Shown here: positions 1-12,375 of the stretch, piece by piece
Layout: every line of letters begins with the position of its first letter
How positions within the stretch are numbered: the stretch's first letter is position 1
Origin: Octopus sinensis
Lineage: Eukaryota
Reading direction: 5' to 3'
Length of the DNA stretch: 64,000 bases
Assembly: GCF_006345805.1 (NCBI RefSeq)
Contig: NC_042999.1
Coordinates: 86,180,001 to 86,244,000, forward strand
Notes under the pieces: model-generated
Told to the model about the DNA's origin: nothing
Database searches by the model: none
What the model saw: only the letters and a program-made list of their open reading frames with translations
Program-made: the position numbers and the translations under genes

Positions 1-33
1 GAGAGATAAATAATAGAAACGTGTATGTATTAT

Positions 34-81
<48 letters not shown>

Positions 82-143
82 ATGTATATATATATATGTT
101 TCATAAGTATAATGTATATGCATGTATACGTATGTATATTCAT

Positions 144-300
144 ACGACGGGCTTTTTCAGTTTCCATCTACCAAATCCACTCACAAGGCTTTGGTTGGCC
201 CGAGGCTATAGTAGTATACACTTGCGCAAGGTGCCACGCAGTGGGATTGAACCCGGTACCATGTGGTTGGGAAGCAAGTTTGTTACCACATAGCCACGCC
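144..300 (-). mobile_element. tRNA-derived SINE family A, 5' part
   Basis: Minus strand reads GGCGTGGCTATGTGG (A box) ... GGTTCAATCCC (B box) ... GGCACCTTGCGCAAGTGT. The same body recurs at 14697-15085 and 40076-40370. Confidence 0.85.
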
Positions 301-689
301 TATCATTTCATCACGAAATATACTGTGATGATTTATCTCTGGTACCCTATTTGATTTTGACTAAATGAACTTAATCAAAAAAAAATCTGATTACATTACA
401 CCAGACTGTATCTCCCTGTTTACTCACTGCATTATATTTTTTCTATCTACTCACACTATTATAGGACAACTTTAATATACAAGCAATTGAATAAATAAAT
501 GGGAGTAAAATATGTATTTTGTTTGATGCACGACGATTTTGTTATCCATACATTATTTTAAAAACCAAACTCTAATCACCGAAAGAGATTCGTAGCTGTC
601 AGCTGGAATTGCAATAGTTTATATTAAAAGTTTTCCAGCTTTAGCTTTGTTTAATCAATGATTAATGAAGAAGGTTGTTGCTCCTGTAT

Positions 690-800
690 TGTTTAGCCCC
701 AGATCAGCCTTAATCGAGTAAACCTATGACCAAAGGTATTTCAGTCATGATCACCCCTCAGTATGCAGACATTACATATGTACGCCTAGAATATCCAATG
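690..800 (+). repeat. Degenerate interspersed repeat (family D), copy 1
   Basis: AACCTATGACCAAA...GTCATGATCACC motif. It recurs in reverse orientation at about 1570-1612, with weaker related sequence near 28715-28900. Confidence 0.5.
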
Positions 801-1003
801 ACTTTGTTTACTTCTTTTAATCGTTAGGTTGTGATTAGGAGTGGGCTGTAGGTCGTACGAAAGAAGGATCCCCGTTTGGTTGGGTCATCGATTCTTGATA
901 TTTGATGTGTCCACTCATGAGATAAATATTTTTTCGCACAAGATCACATGTGTATAGGGAATTGAATACTGAGGATTAAATATATATAATATATCCGAGT
1001 ATA

Positions 1004-1235
1004 CAGGGTTGGCCAAAAGTCACCTGACAGTAAATCAAAACCATTTAATTCCAAGATTTATTTATGTTTAACTACTGAATGAATTTAATAAAATCATTAA
1101 ATGTGAAACATCATGAAAATGGTTCAAATTGAAGTCCTTCTTGAGCGACACATTTTTCCGGTCGAGTCAATACAGAATTACAGTTAGTATTTATGGAATT
1201 TTGATTTACTGTCGGGTGACTTTTGGCTAACCCTG
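1004..1235. mobile_element. Tc1/mariner-derived MITE (232 bp)
   Basis: 37-bp TIRs (1004-1040 and 1199-1235, 2 mismatches) starting CAGGG, with TA target duplication at 1002-1003 and 1236-1237. Minus strand 1167-1111 translates TRPEKCVAQEGLQFEPFS*, resembling a transposase C-terminus. Confidence 0.92.
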
Positions 1236-1475
1236 TATTACTAGTTTTATATATAATATTACTGGTATATTACCAGTATTATTTTATCAAATACGGAGAA
1301 AATAGCTAAAACCAACCAAGTTAGAAACGTTATGGATGGAAAGTCAAACGAAAGTAAATACGGATGAGGATTTAGTTTGACCATCTATCACATCTATTTC
1401 TTGATTTTCATGCAATATAATAAATACAAATATATAATTTTTACCCATCACGTTTTAATGTATCATTTGAGACGA

Positions 1476-1612
1476 GTCAATGAAAGAGCCCTGCTGTGGT
1501 CATTCAACCTGTAAGTCAAATGAAGGACATTTTAGGTAATTCAATGATAGATACGCTGTCAGAATAAACGATAGGATGGTCACGGTTAGAGCGCGTTTGG
1601 TCATAGGTTAGT
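1476..1612 (-). repeat. Degenerate interspersed repeat (family D), copy 2
   Basis: Reverse complement AACCTATGACCAAACGCGCTCTAACCGTGACCATCC matches the 720-760 motif. Confidence 0.5.
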
Positions 1613-2224
1613 TTCTTTTATATATAGCTAAACAATAACATACCACTAGAAAATCTAATGCTTGTCTATAAACAGAAAAAGTTTCATAACTGAAAAAAAA
1701 CCTCCTTTAGTGTTAATACATGAATATAACATTTTAATATTTAATTATAACTAACTAAAGTTATAATTCTCTAATATACGGTTTATCTTGCTTATACATT
1801 TTCCCTCGATTACTCACCAGGTATGTGAGCTTCCTATAACACTAGCTCTCTCATATCATCTCATATTTCACTGATAAAACAAATATGATTTCTCACGTTA
1901 GCATACGGCCACCAAATTGTAGAGTGGAGTATAGCCGAAAGACTAACATAAATTAAATAAACTAATATTTATAAGTATTCTAAGTTTGTATTCAAGAAAT
2001 GTGTTATATAAATTTAACTAAAATTATAACTGAGCCAATTCCAGATCATAACTCAACAGTTTAAGAGAAGCCAAGGGAAGAAATATGGAGTAGTTGGAAC
2101 ACACAAGATGATAGCTCCTTTCCTTGTCTATGTGTATAAAAGATTTAGAGTTCAGTTACAACAATATATATCTCCCACAGGGGGATGATGAGAAAATATA
2201 TAAATAGAAACATATTCAGAATGT

Positions 2225-2275
2225 ATTTGATATAATATATGTATATATGTATATTTATATATGTGTGTGTGTATG

Positions 2276-2312
<37 letters not shown>

Positions 2313-2736
2313 ATGCATACATATATGTGTACATACAGATTTATATGATATAAATGCATATAAACACATATATGTAATATATACATATGTTTACATACGC
2401 AGATTCATATACACATTTTTACACATACACACGCATATACACAGGCGCGCGCGTGCGTATGCGTTATGTGTTTGAAGGGGAATGCAGCTTGGAACTTGAT
2501 GATGATGAGGCGATAGGTGTGTATGAGTGGAAGAAAATGAAGGTGAAATAAAGAGATAAGAAAAATAAGAGCAAAAACCTCAAAATTAAATAGAGGCAAA
2601 GAAAAAGAAAACCCAACAATATTGAAGTAGAGGGACGTGGAGAGATAAAATATAACATGAAAGCATCACCAATGAAAAAATGTCAGGAACGGGTGAAGAA
2701 GAGCAAAAGGGATAAGGGAGAGAGAGAGAGAGAAAA

Positions 2737-2772
<36 letters not shown>

Positions 2773-2775
2773 TGA
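2225..2775. repeat. Compound (TA)/(TG)/(CA)/(GA) microsatellites
   Basis: Directly visible dinucleotide runs. Confidence 0.9.
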
Positions 2776-2895
2776 TAGATATGAGAGAGGAGGCTTGAGA
2801 AACCGAATACATACATTGAAATTGTGAGTGTGTAGTAAAAGCTGCGTAAAAAGTGTTGAAGACAAAAAAGCTGTTACAATAAACCTCTGTTACAG

Positions 2896-3176
2896 ATAAA
2901 ATAAATAAGAAGACCCTAATATTTGAGGGGACTAATGTTTGTATATCCCGTCTTGAATAGGTAAATATCAAAGTTATTGATATGTTATTCCATCTTAGTA
3001 CCATAATGAAGTTTCAAATAGTTTCTGATGTTCTCTAATGAACAATTTTCTTCTTTGTGTCTTAGGCACCATACAAAAGGCGTTTCCCCATCGTTTTTCG
3101 TCTGGAATTCCATTCAGACTTACTCCAAGCAACAGTAGCAATTCAAGTTGACACTTTTCGCATCAGCGCCATGTAG
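2896..3176 (+). other. Candidate spliced exon pair (2896-2960 and 3066 onward) with a 105-nt GT-AG intron; coding status unclear
   Basis: Acceptor ctctgttacag, donor TAG|gtaaat, acceptor ttttcttctttgtgtcttag. The only stop-free join is a 32-aa ORF from ATG 2935. The phase-0 join has TAG at the exon end. Confidence 0.25.
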
Positions 3177-5217
3177 TTATCCTTAAAATTCAGTGAGGGA
3201 GGGAATTAAAAAGGCAATGGGCACTGCTTTTCTTGAATGACAAATATAATGAACAGTACCAAAAAATAATTCTCATAATCCATTTATCTCCGTATATGAA
3301 AACAAAGAAAAAAATCGACTGGAACATAAGCTCGAAAACTTATTTCATACCAGAAATTCTGGTATCCAACCGCTAGTATTTTGCACCGATTATAAGAAAA
3401 TACAACGTTGAAACATTTTATTCCGAATATATATATATATATATATATATATCATTTATCTATCTATCTGTCTGTCTGTCAGTCTATCTACCTATCTATT
3501 TATATATATCAGAAGGATATGGGAAACAAATCCTACATTGAAAAATAGGAATGATTCCAATAAAAATGTTTATGGCATTAAAAGTATATGAGGATAAAAA
3601 AATATTCAGATGATACAAGCAGAAAAAATCATGAAAAGGGATTCCAATGTTTTCATAAGGAATCAAGCCAAGATGTTTGATGTTCGCAGGGAGAAGTTTA
3701 TGTTGCGTTTAAAATGGAACTAGTTAGGTTGTTCCACTAAAAGCGAAGAAGCGCCAGTAATAATGAGACCTTTCAACACAGAGCCTGAACGATGATAAAG
3801 AGGAAGGTTGAGAATTCAGCATGTACAAATATTCAAAACAAAGGTCAAATATGATATAAAATCATCGTTTATAGTTATATCAATATTTTGCCATATCTCT
3901 AAAGTCTAAAGGCAATATTGAGAAATTATTTTCTATATATCTGAAAATAGGTCACTAATAATATCGATTACAGATCACTCATTTCAATAAAAGGTTACAA
4001 GTTAACAATTATTTTATTTCAAGCCTGCCTCTACGCACACTATTAAGTGATCAGCATTACACTTTTAATGCGAAATTAAACACACCTTCAAAATAATTTC
4101 TAACCGTCCCCATATGTTTGTCACAATATTTTATTAAAAAAATTAAGATTTTAATCCAATTTTAAAAGGAATAACTTCCAAGTGACCCCCACTCGCAAAA
4201 TAAAAAAAATAGAGAGCTTAGTGGGAAATAAAGCTATAGAACTTGTTCTTCAAAAATATGTTCAACATATCGTTGAAGAAACGCACACATTGTTAAAGAT
4301 ATAAGATTTCAATTGCTGTGAATAAAATATATAAATTTTTAGCAAAATATTTTATTCATTTAAATTAGCCCTTACAAATTTGATTTATGGTATGATTTAA
4401 AAAATACCAATTAAGTAAAAGAGCAAGATTTCATATTTTTTTCATAATGAATGGAAGAACCTGTATCAAAAAGACAATTTCAAGTACTGATCGGCAGAAA
4501 CAAAACAAAATTTAATATAATTTAGAAGCGAAAACATTCAGAGTACCATACAAAGCAAAAGTTACATGATTGTTATACCATGCCTGTCCTACGAGTTTGA
4601 TATATTGTATAATAATGGTTGCAAATGTTGGTACAAGACCGACGTTAAAATTTCTTTTAATTTTTCATTTCTGCTAACAATGCTGTATAATCGGCATATC
4701 ATATATTATTTGTGTTTATGTTATTGACGGTGAGTCTTTTGATTTTAGGAATACAACTCAATGTAGATATTAAATATGTATGATGGTAACACACATCCTT
4801 GTCTTACACCTCTTTTGATGTCTGCCGATTCTGGCAATTCCTGGTCTATATTGACGACTATCTTATGGGGCCATTATAACTGACAGATGATTCTGATCCT
4901 TTCCTTTTAAGTCAGCATTTTTTAATGAGGTGATGACTACTCCATGGTGTTTGAGGTCAAATACCTTGGCATAATCTTTGAAACAAGCAAATAAATCTTT
5001 CTGTTCTTATATTTACTTTAATGGCAGATTATTGAAGCAGAGTATGGCCCTAAATCCAAATAGCTCGTCTAAGGCTTCTGCATTTATTTTGCCTTCTATT
5101 TATCATAGTAAATTTCAGGATATCTAGTTTTAAAAAGTGCGTATTTATTAATGTATCTTTAATGACGCAATGCAATAAGTTCACTGTTTCAATTGATTAA
5201 GAGGAATTAGTAAAAAT

Positions 5218-5263
5218 ACCTACCTACCTACCTACCTACCTACCTACCTACCTACCTACCTAC

Positions 5264-5343
<80 letters not shown>
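5218..5343. repeat. (CTAC)n(CTAT)n tetranucleotide array
   Basis: Directly visible. Confidence 0.95.
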
Positions 5344-5678
5344 TTCATGTTCAATAGCAAAGTTTAGTTTGGTTATTTTCTGATGAGGTATTTTCATATA
5401 CACACACTCACACACATACACGCGCACCCCCCACACATACACACGACCCCCCCACAAGACACACACATATACACACACACTTATATATTTTGAGTATTAA
5501 GAAATAAGAAAAAGTTGAATAAATGTATATATATATATATATATATATAGTCACTGTCAATGTTAAAAATATCGAGTAATCTTTCTGAAAAATATCTACT
5601 CTACTCTACTCTACTGAAAAATATCGAGTAATCTTTCACTTTAAAGTTAAATTGGTTTTAAATATAACTTGACATAAA

Positions 5679-5746
<68 letters not shown>

Positions 5747-5788
5747 AATACGATGAGGGATCTGAGTTTTGGAAATTTGTAAGATTCA

Positions 5789-6033
5789 TACATCATCATC
5801 ATTGTTCGACTGTGGTCGAGACAATGGAATTTACTATGCTACGCCAGACTTCACGGTCCATCATAGCATTACGGAGGTCCTGTTGCTGGATGCCCGTATC
5901 CCTGGAGATTACATCAGGGTAGGAGAGTGTGCGCCCTCTGGTATCGCGAGTAGATGGCTTCCAGAGGAGAAGAGTAGAAATTGCCTCGTTTCCAGCTCTA
6001 CAACAATGTCAAGCAAACTGGACTCTCCTACCT
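5789..6033 (-). mobile_element. 5'-truncated RTE-clade LINE, 3' end
   Basis: Minus strand translates RRVQFA*HCCRAGNEAISTLLLWKPSTRDTRGRTLSYPDVISRDTGIQQQDLRNAMMDREVWRSIVNSIVSTTVEQ*, followed by a (GAT)n tail. This is a typical RTE C-terminus (AM.DR..WR). Confidence 0.85.
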
Positions 6034-6375
6034 TTTCGTTTTTTTTTTGTACCATTAGTTGTTAACGGTGATTCGCATAGAAGCTAACAGGTTATCGAAA
6101 TTATTTGTAACTTCGATATGGGGATGCCAATAAATTGTTATTTTATCGCACAGTGTCCAGCTTTTGTTCTCTATATTGGCCGCCTAGTGTATGAGTATTC
6201 ATACACTAGGCGGCCAATATAGAGAACAAAAGTTGGACACTATGCGATAAAATAAAATAACAATTTATTAGCATCTCCATATCGAAGTTACAAATAATTT
6301 CGATAAGCTGTTAGCTTCTATGCAAATCACCGTTAGCAACTGATGGTGCAAAAAAACAAAAAAAAAAAAAACGAA
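6034..6375. repeat. Long fold-back palindrome (about 160-bp arms, 4-nt loop at 6195-6198)
   Basis: The arms align as reverse complements with about 9 substitutions and one 5-nt indel in the core. The outer ends are poly(T) and poly(A). Confidence 0.92.
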
Positions 6376-6584
6376 TAAACTCCAAAACTTAAAGGTGTGG
6401 AACAGATAAACTTTAAGCTTTAGGTAATTAAAAGAAACATATGTAGCTTACAATTTACCTGTTATATAAATATAGAACAGGTGTGTATATATATATAATG
6501 TATATATATGTATATACATATATACATATATATATACATATATATATATATACACACATACACACACATATATATATTATATAT

Positions 6585-6634
<50 letters not shown>

Positions 6635-6721
6635 CATACAACATACATACAAACACACACACACACACATATATATATACAAGAGTTAATGAATGGAGTA
6701 GATAAGGTCCGGGCTTCATAT

Positions 6722-6986
6722 GTTTCATAGCGAGCGGAACCTCAGAAATAGTAATTATTCAAGCGAGGTGTATACCGTAAACTACTCTTCAGACCAAGGA
6801 CATCTTGATAAAATGAAGTTTAACGTTATCGCAAGGAGGTACATTTTAACACATAGAAGATTCAATCAGATTCTGATTGACAATGTAAACCTTCATTTAA
6901 TCAAGGTATCTTTGACCTGAAGAGTAGCCTGCGGTATACACTTTACTTCGATATTTACCACTCTGAGGTTTCGCTCGCTATGAAAC
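6722..6986. repeat. Diverged inverted repeat (about 110-bp arms, about 45-bp spacer)
   Basis: GTTTCATAGCGAGCGGAACCTCAG... at 6722 pairs with ...CTGAGGTTTCGCTCGCTATGAAAC ending at 6986; roughly 75% identity by eye. Confidence 0.8.
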
Positions 6987-8117
6987 CTGTGCAGTTTGGA
7001 TCCTACCAACGCCATGTCTTCATTCTTGTATCCTTAATCGCACACACGTCAACCTCGGTCGCCTACTGTGAAATATAAAAATAACTTTTTTTCTGTGCTA
7101 CGAGAAAGATCCATAGCCCTCCGTCTCAATGAACTACTATTGTTCCTGAAAGTTGTTTTTTTTTGTATTTACTACGGATTGCTTGAAGCTAATTTTCTTC
7201 CTACAGCTCGATCCCTGGATCTTATACATATATAACTTTGTATTCTATCATCTGTTGCGATTAAAAAGACAATTAATCAATCGCAATACACCAAACTCTA
7301 ATAGTACTAGCAGCAGCAATTATTTCTTAACATAAATTGACAGCCCAAACAATAAGTTTTTTGTATCATAGTTAACACAAATTTGCCCGCCTACGTAAGA
7401 TTAACGGCCAGATCATTTAAGATAAGATTTCATGAGCATACATATACTTCTGGAAACCAAAAAAAAAAAAAAGAATTGCATCTAGAATTTAACGCTTTGA
7501 TGTAAAATGGAAAACGTTATGCTTCCGAAGTCTTACACAGTAAATAAAATTTCTTGTGATATTTGCACTTCCGAATCTTATGAATAATACTATAGTATTA
7601 TTGCTATTATTATTATTATTATTATTATTTCTAAATCTCTCTAAACAGTACTGAGTTTTAATAGTTATCACGAAGCTAACATGGCAGTCCAGAAAAATAG
7701 GACGAATGTTGCAGTTGATTAGCTTCAAGAGGCTATCGCTTCTAGCTGGCTATGTGATACACAAACCTGTGTCCATTACAACCTTCGAACAGAGGCGGTC
7801 ATCAGCTTCCCCATGCTGGTTCAGATATCCACAGACTAGTTTCAGAGTATTTGCCCCTTATCAATGTAAATTAGTCGAACTCAGCAGGCGTCGCTATTGA
7901 CTGTCTGTTCGAAGATTTATATATTCAGTGGAATGCATCCACTGGTTATCAGAAATAGAAATATTATTATTTCTAAATCTCTATAAAGGAGACTACGGCA
8001 GCAGTACTGGGTATTAATAACTATCGCCAACACCACTATATAGTATCAAAATTTCATGCATTTATTTGTAAAGTTAAGGAAGTTGTTAAAAATTGAAACC
8101 CATTAGTGAAACCCTGC

Positions 8118-8148
<31 letters not shown>

Positions 8149-8192
8149 TGTATGTATGTATGTATGTATGTATGTATGTATGTATATATATA

Positions 8193-8752
<560 letters not shown>

Positions 8753-8799
8753 ATATATATATATGTATATATGTATATATGTATATATATATATATGTA

Positions 8800-8846
<47 letters not shown>

Positions 8847-8868
8847 TATATATATATGTATATATATG

Positions 8869-8902
<34 letters not shown>

Positions 8903-8911
8903 ATATATGTA

Positions 8912-8946
<35 letters not shown>

Positions 8947-9378
8947 GTGTGTGTGTATGTGTGTGTGTATATGTGTGTGTATGTGTGTGTGTGTGTGTGT
9001 GTATCCAGTAATTGTATTGTTACTGTCCTTGATTTTTTGCTTTCTATTTATTTTATAGTTCTTTCTACAGACCTGGTCTTTTTCTGTTGATCTCAATCTG
9101 TCTTGCTCATACACCTTAGCAGAGATTTTGCAGTTGACGCCACCAAAATGAGCAATCTTATTGATAATGGCGTGATATTGTAATGATTTTTAGATAGATA
9201 GTTGATGAGGGATGAGCATGTCCACATCTTTTGTGCATGCTTTCTTCGTGTTCCTTGTCGACTTTCTGTGCAACATTTTATCCTTACACACACACACAAA
9301 ATAACGATAATAACTTGTGAACGGAAATCCATAGGCTTTAGTAGTGTATCATGACATATGTTTCGATATCCCTTATGT

Positions 9379-9463
<85 letters not shown>

Positions 9464-9519
9464 TATATATATATTGAGAAGAAAGAAGCAGTCAGAATTT
9501 CGTTTACGAACTCGTCAAG

Positions 9520-9555
<36 letters not shown>

Positions 9556-9574
9556 CATCTTCTACTTGTTTCTG

Positions 9575-9663
9575 ACATTAGACTACAGCCATGCTGGTGC
9601 ACCGCCTTAAGGAAATTTTAATCGAACGAATCGATCCCGCTACTTTTTTTCCTTCTTAAGCCT
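9575..9663 (-). mobile_element. SINE family A, 3' fragment
   Basis: GACTACAGCCATGCTGGTGCACCGCC...ATCGATCCC matches the tail of the copies at 14.7 kb and 40.1 kb. Confidence 0.7.
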
Positions 9664-10422
9664 GTTCTACACAACTCTACACATGCTTAGTCACGAACGG
9701 GTAATTTATACGCTGATCGAACAGCTGGATCTTCATCTTCGAAATCAATGGAAATTCATCCATGCATACGGAAACTTTCGTACATAAACAAGCGCATACG
9801 CATATATTTTGTATCCACACACTCAAAATCACATACACATATGTATATATGATATTTTCAGAGTATATATGACTTAAAACAAAACATTAGGAATAAATTA
9901 AATTGATATATGTTTATTAGTTTATAATAATATTTCTGATTACGTTTGCATCGTTGATAACGTGTATAACTGTAATCATTTGAAGTCTATTCTCTTTTAC
10001 ATAAAAAACAACTTCCAAAAGAAGACTTAATACTTCTATTGAAGTGTGTTTCATTGAACTATTGAATGTAATTTCCAAAATACATCTTAGAAGAATAACA
10101 ACTTTAAATTACATATTTTCTGCTGATAGATAATTTTAACTGTTCAAAAGTTGTATTTCATTGCTAAGAGACGAATAGAATGCCTCTCTTTATCAATAAC
10201 AACAAAATACTCATTCACTCACTCACTCACACATACACTCTCTCTCTTTTTCTTTATTTTATTTGTCTATTTTACTGAGTAATGTAATATAATGGATGTG
10301 ATACGTATATCTATTTTCCTGTATTTAATTATGTATACATATACTCCCCCTTATATATACTTATACATACATAAATCCACACATACACACACACACATAC
10401 ACACACATATATAAATACACAG

Positions 10423-10484
<62 letters not shown>

Positions 10485-10671
10485 CACACACTCACACCCA
10501 ACACCTTACATATGAGATGAATGACCTTTTCAAAGCCTCTCCTAAAAGCTAACCAGGTGCAACAAAGTGAGGGATAGGCTCGCAAGTTCTACACAACTCT
10601 ACACATGCTAAATAAAGTGGGATCCCAATGACCTAAAATATTAAAGGGGAAAAATCTGTTCTTTTTTTAGT

Positions 10672-10702
<31 letters not shown>

Positions 10703-11698
10703 TGTGTGTGTGTATGCGTGCGCGCGCGTATTCACGCATACTGCAATACACAGGGACATTTAGATACAAACGTACACATATGTGCATATTATGTATATAT
10801 ATGTTTATATATATATGTGTGTGTGTGTAGGTATGTGTGTATGCATGTGTGTGTGTGTGTGCATGTGCGTATGTGCGTGCGTGTATGTGTACTTATATAT
10901 ATATATGTGTGTGTGTGTGTCTGTGTGTGTGTATGCGTTTACATTAATCCATCCTCACTTAGACAAAGAAGCATACATACACACATACGCACACACATCG
11001 ACATGACGTTGGCAGGTGCCCAGTGTGTTCTGAAATTTTCATCTCTTTTCATATTTTCTTTACATCCCAGCTAATGTCTTACTTTATCTAAATGCATTTG
11101 CTACTCCGGTTTTTCTCTCTGACTAAATTATAAATAAAAGAAGAGATTTTTCATAAAATCCATTTGAAGAATTACTGTATATTAAAGATGTTGATATGTA
11201 GTCTGCGATCGTCAAGAAAAATGACTAACTCAATAGAGTGATGTTGTCAAGGTCAAACATATGAACACACAAGTTTAAGGCATTTAAAAGAAGTTTGGGA
11301 GTCGGAACATTACAATCTAATTATATAAGAAAAGTCGCACTTCTGATGAAACAGATTTCCTCTCTTCTCATGTGTTATGTATGTTATATAAAGTGACGCG
11401 AAAAAAATGAAATGAATATTCTCTGTGAAGTTGTGTATCTATGTGAGCTTATGTGTTAATCACCGTTCTTTATCTGAAAAATACGAGATGTTCGCACAAA
11501 ATAGGTGTATTGTGCATTATCGACAGTTTCAATATAGAAAGATGTTTTGAAGGACCAACTTCTATCGGTTCATAATCATCTTCAATTCCTCAAATGACCC
11601 CCTCAGTTTTCAATTGTTATCATTTGTCACTCTCGTTCGTTTCCTTCGTACTTGTTAATTCTGATCTAAGTTTTTACATTAAACTGACTATGTACTAG

Positions 11699-12009
11699 GG
11701 AGGCGCAATTGTCCAGTGGTTAGGGTAGCGGACACGCGGTCGGAGGATCGCGGTTTCGATTCCCAGACCGGGCGTTGTGTGTGTTTATTGAGCGAAAACA
11801 CCTAAAAGCTCCACGAGGCTCCGGCAGGGGGTGGTGGCGACCGCTGTTGTACTCTTTCGCCCCAACTTTTTCTCACTCTTTCTTCCTGTTTCTTGAGTAA
11901 CACTGCGATGGACTGGAGTTCCGTCCAGCTGGGGGAACACATACGCCACAGAAACCGGGAAACCGGGCCCATGAGCCTGGTTAGGCTTGAAAATGGCGCA
12001 GAAGAAGAA
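11699..12009 (+). mobile_element. Full-length tRNA-derived SINE family C with (GAA)n tail and perfect 10-bp TSD
   Basis: A box TGTCCAGTGG and B box GGTTTCGATTCCC. The central CTGCGATGGACTGG...CCGTCCAG...AGAAACCGGG segment resembles, from memory, the MetaSINE domain. TSD TATGTACTAG at 11689-11698 and 12010-12019. Confidence 0.92.
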
Positions 12010-12217
12010 TATGTACTAGACACAAGTTCCAATAACCACGATCGGTAAATCTGTTCCTGATTCTGAACCAGATAAACAAAGGTTGAACTCGAAAAACAAA
12101 CATAACACTATAGCTTGAAATAAAGTTTTGTTTTACCATTTAGTGAAGCAGCTTAACGATTTCAAGACTATAACGACGGACTTTGTACAGCACCTGTTGC
12201 TATTAATAAAACTAATA

Positions 12218-12375
12218 GGGGGCGGAGTGAATTGGTGGAATCGTTAGAGCGTTGAAAATGTATTAAATTACGAACATTTACATTCTGAGTTCAAATACTG
12301 TCGAAGTCTACTTTACCTTTCGAGGTCAAAAAAACAAGTGCTTGGGTCAATATAATCGACTGTGTCCCACTTCTA
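12218..12375 (+). mobile_element. Degenerate SINE family B
   Basis: GGAATCGTTAGAGCG...TTCTGAGTTCAAAT...GGGTCAATATAATCGACT aligns to the 17530-17764 copy. Confidence 0.65.

Noticed and set aside
7207-7396. Exon-like segment with good acceptor and donor
   Set aside because: Stops in all three frames; no other support.
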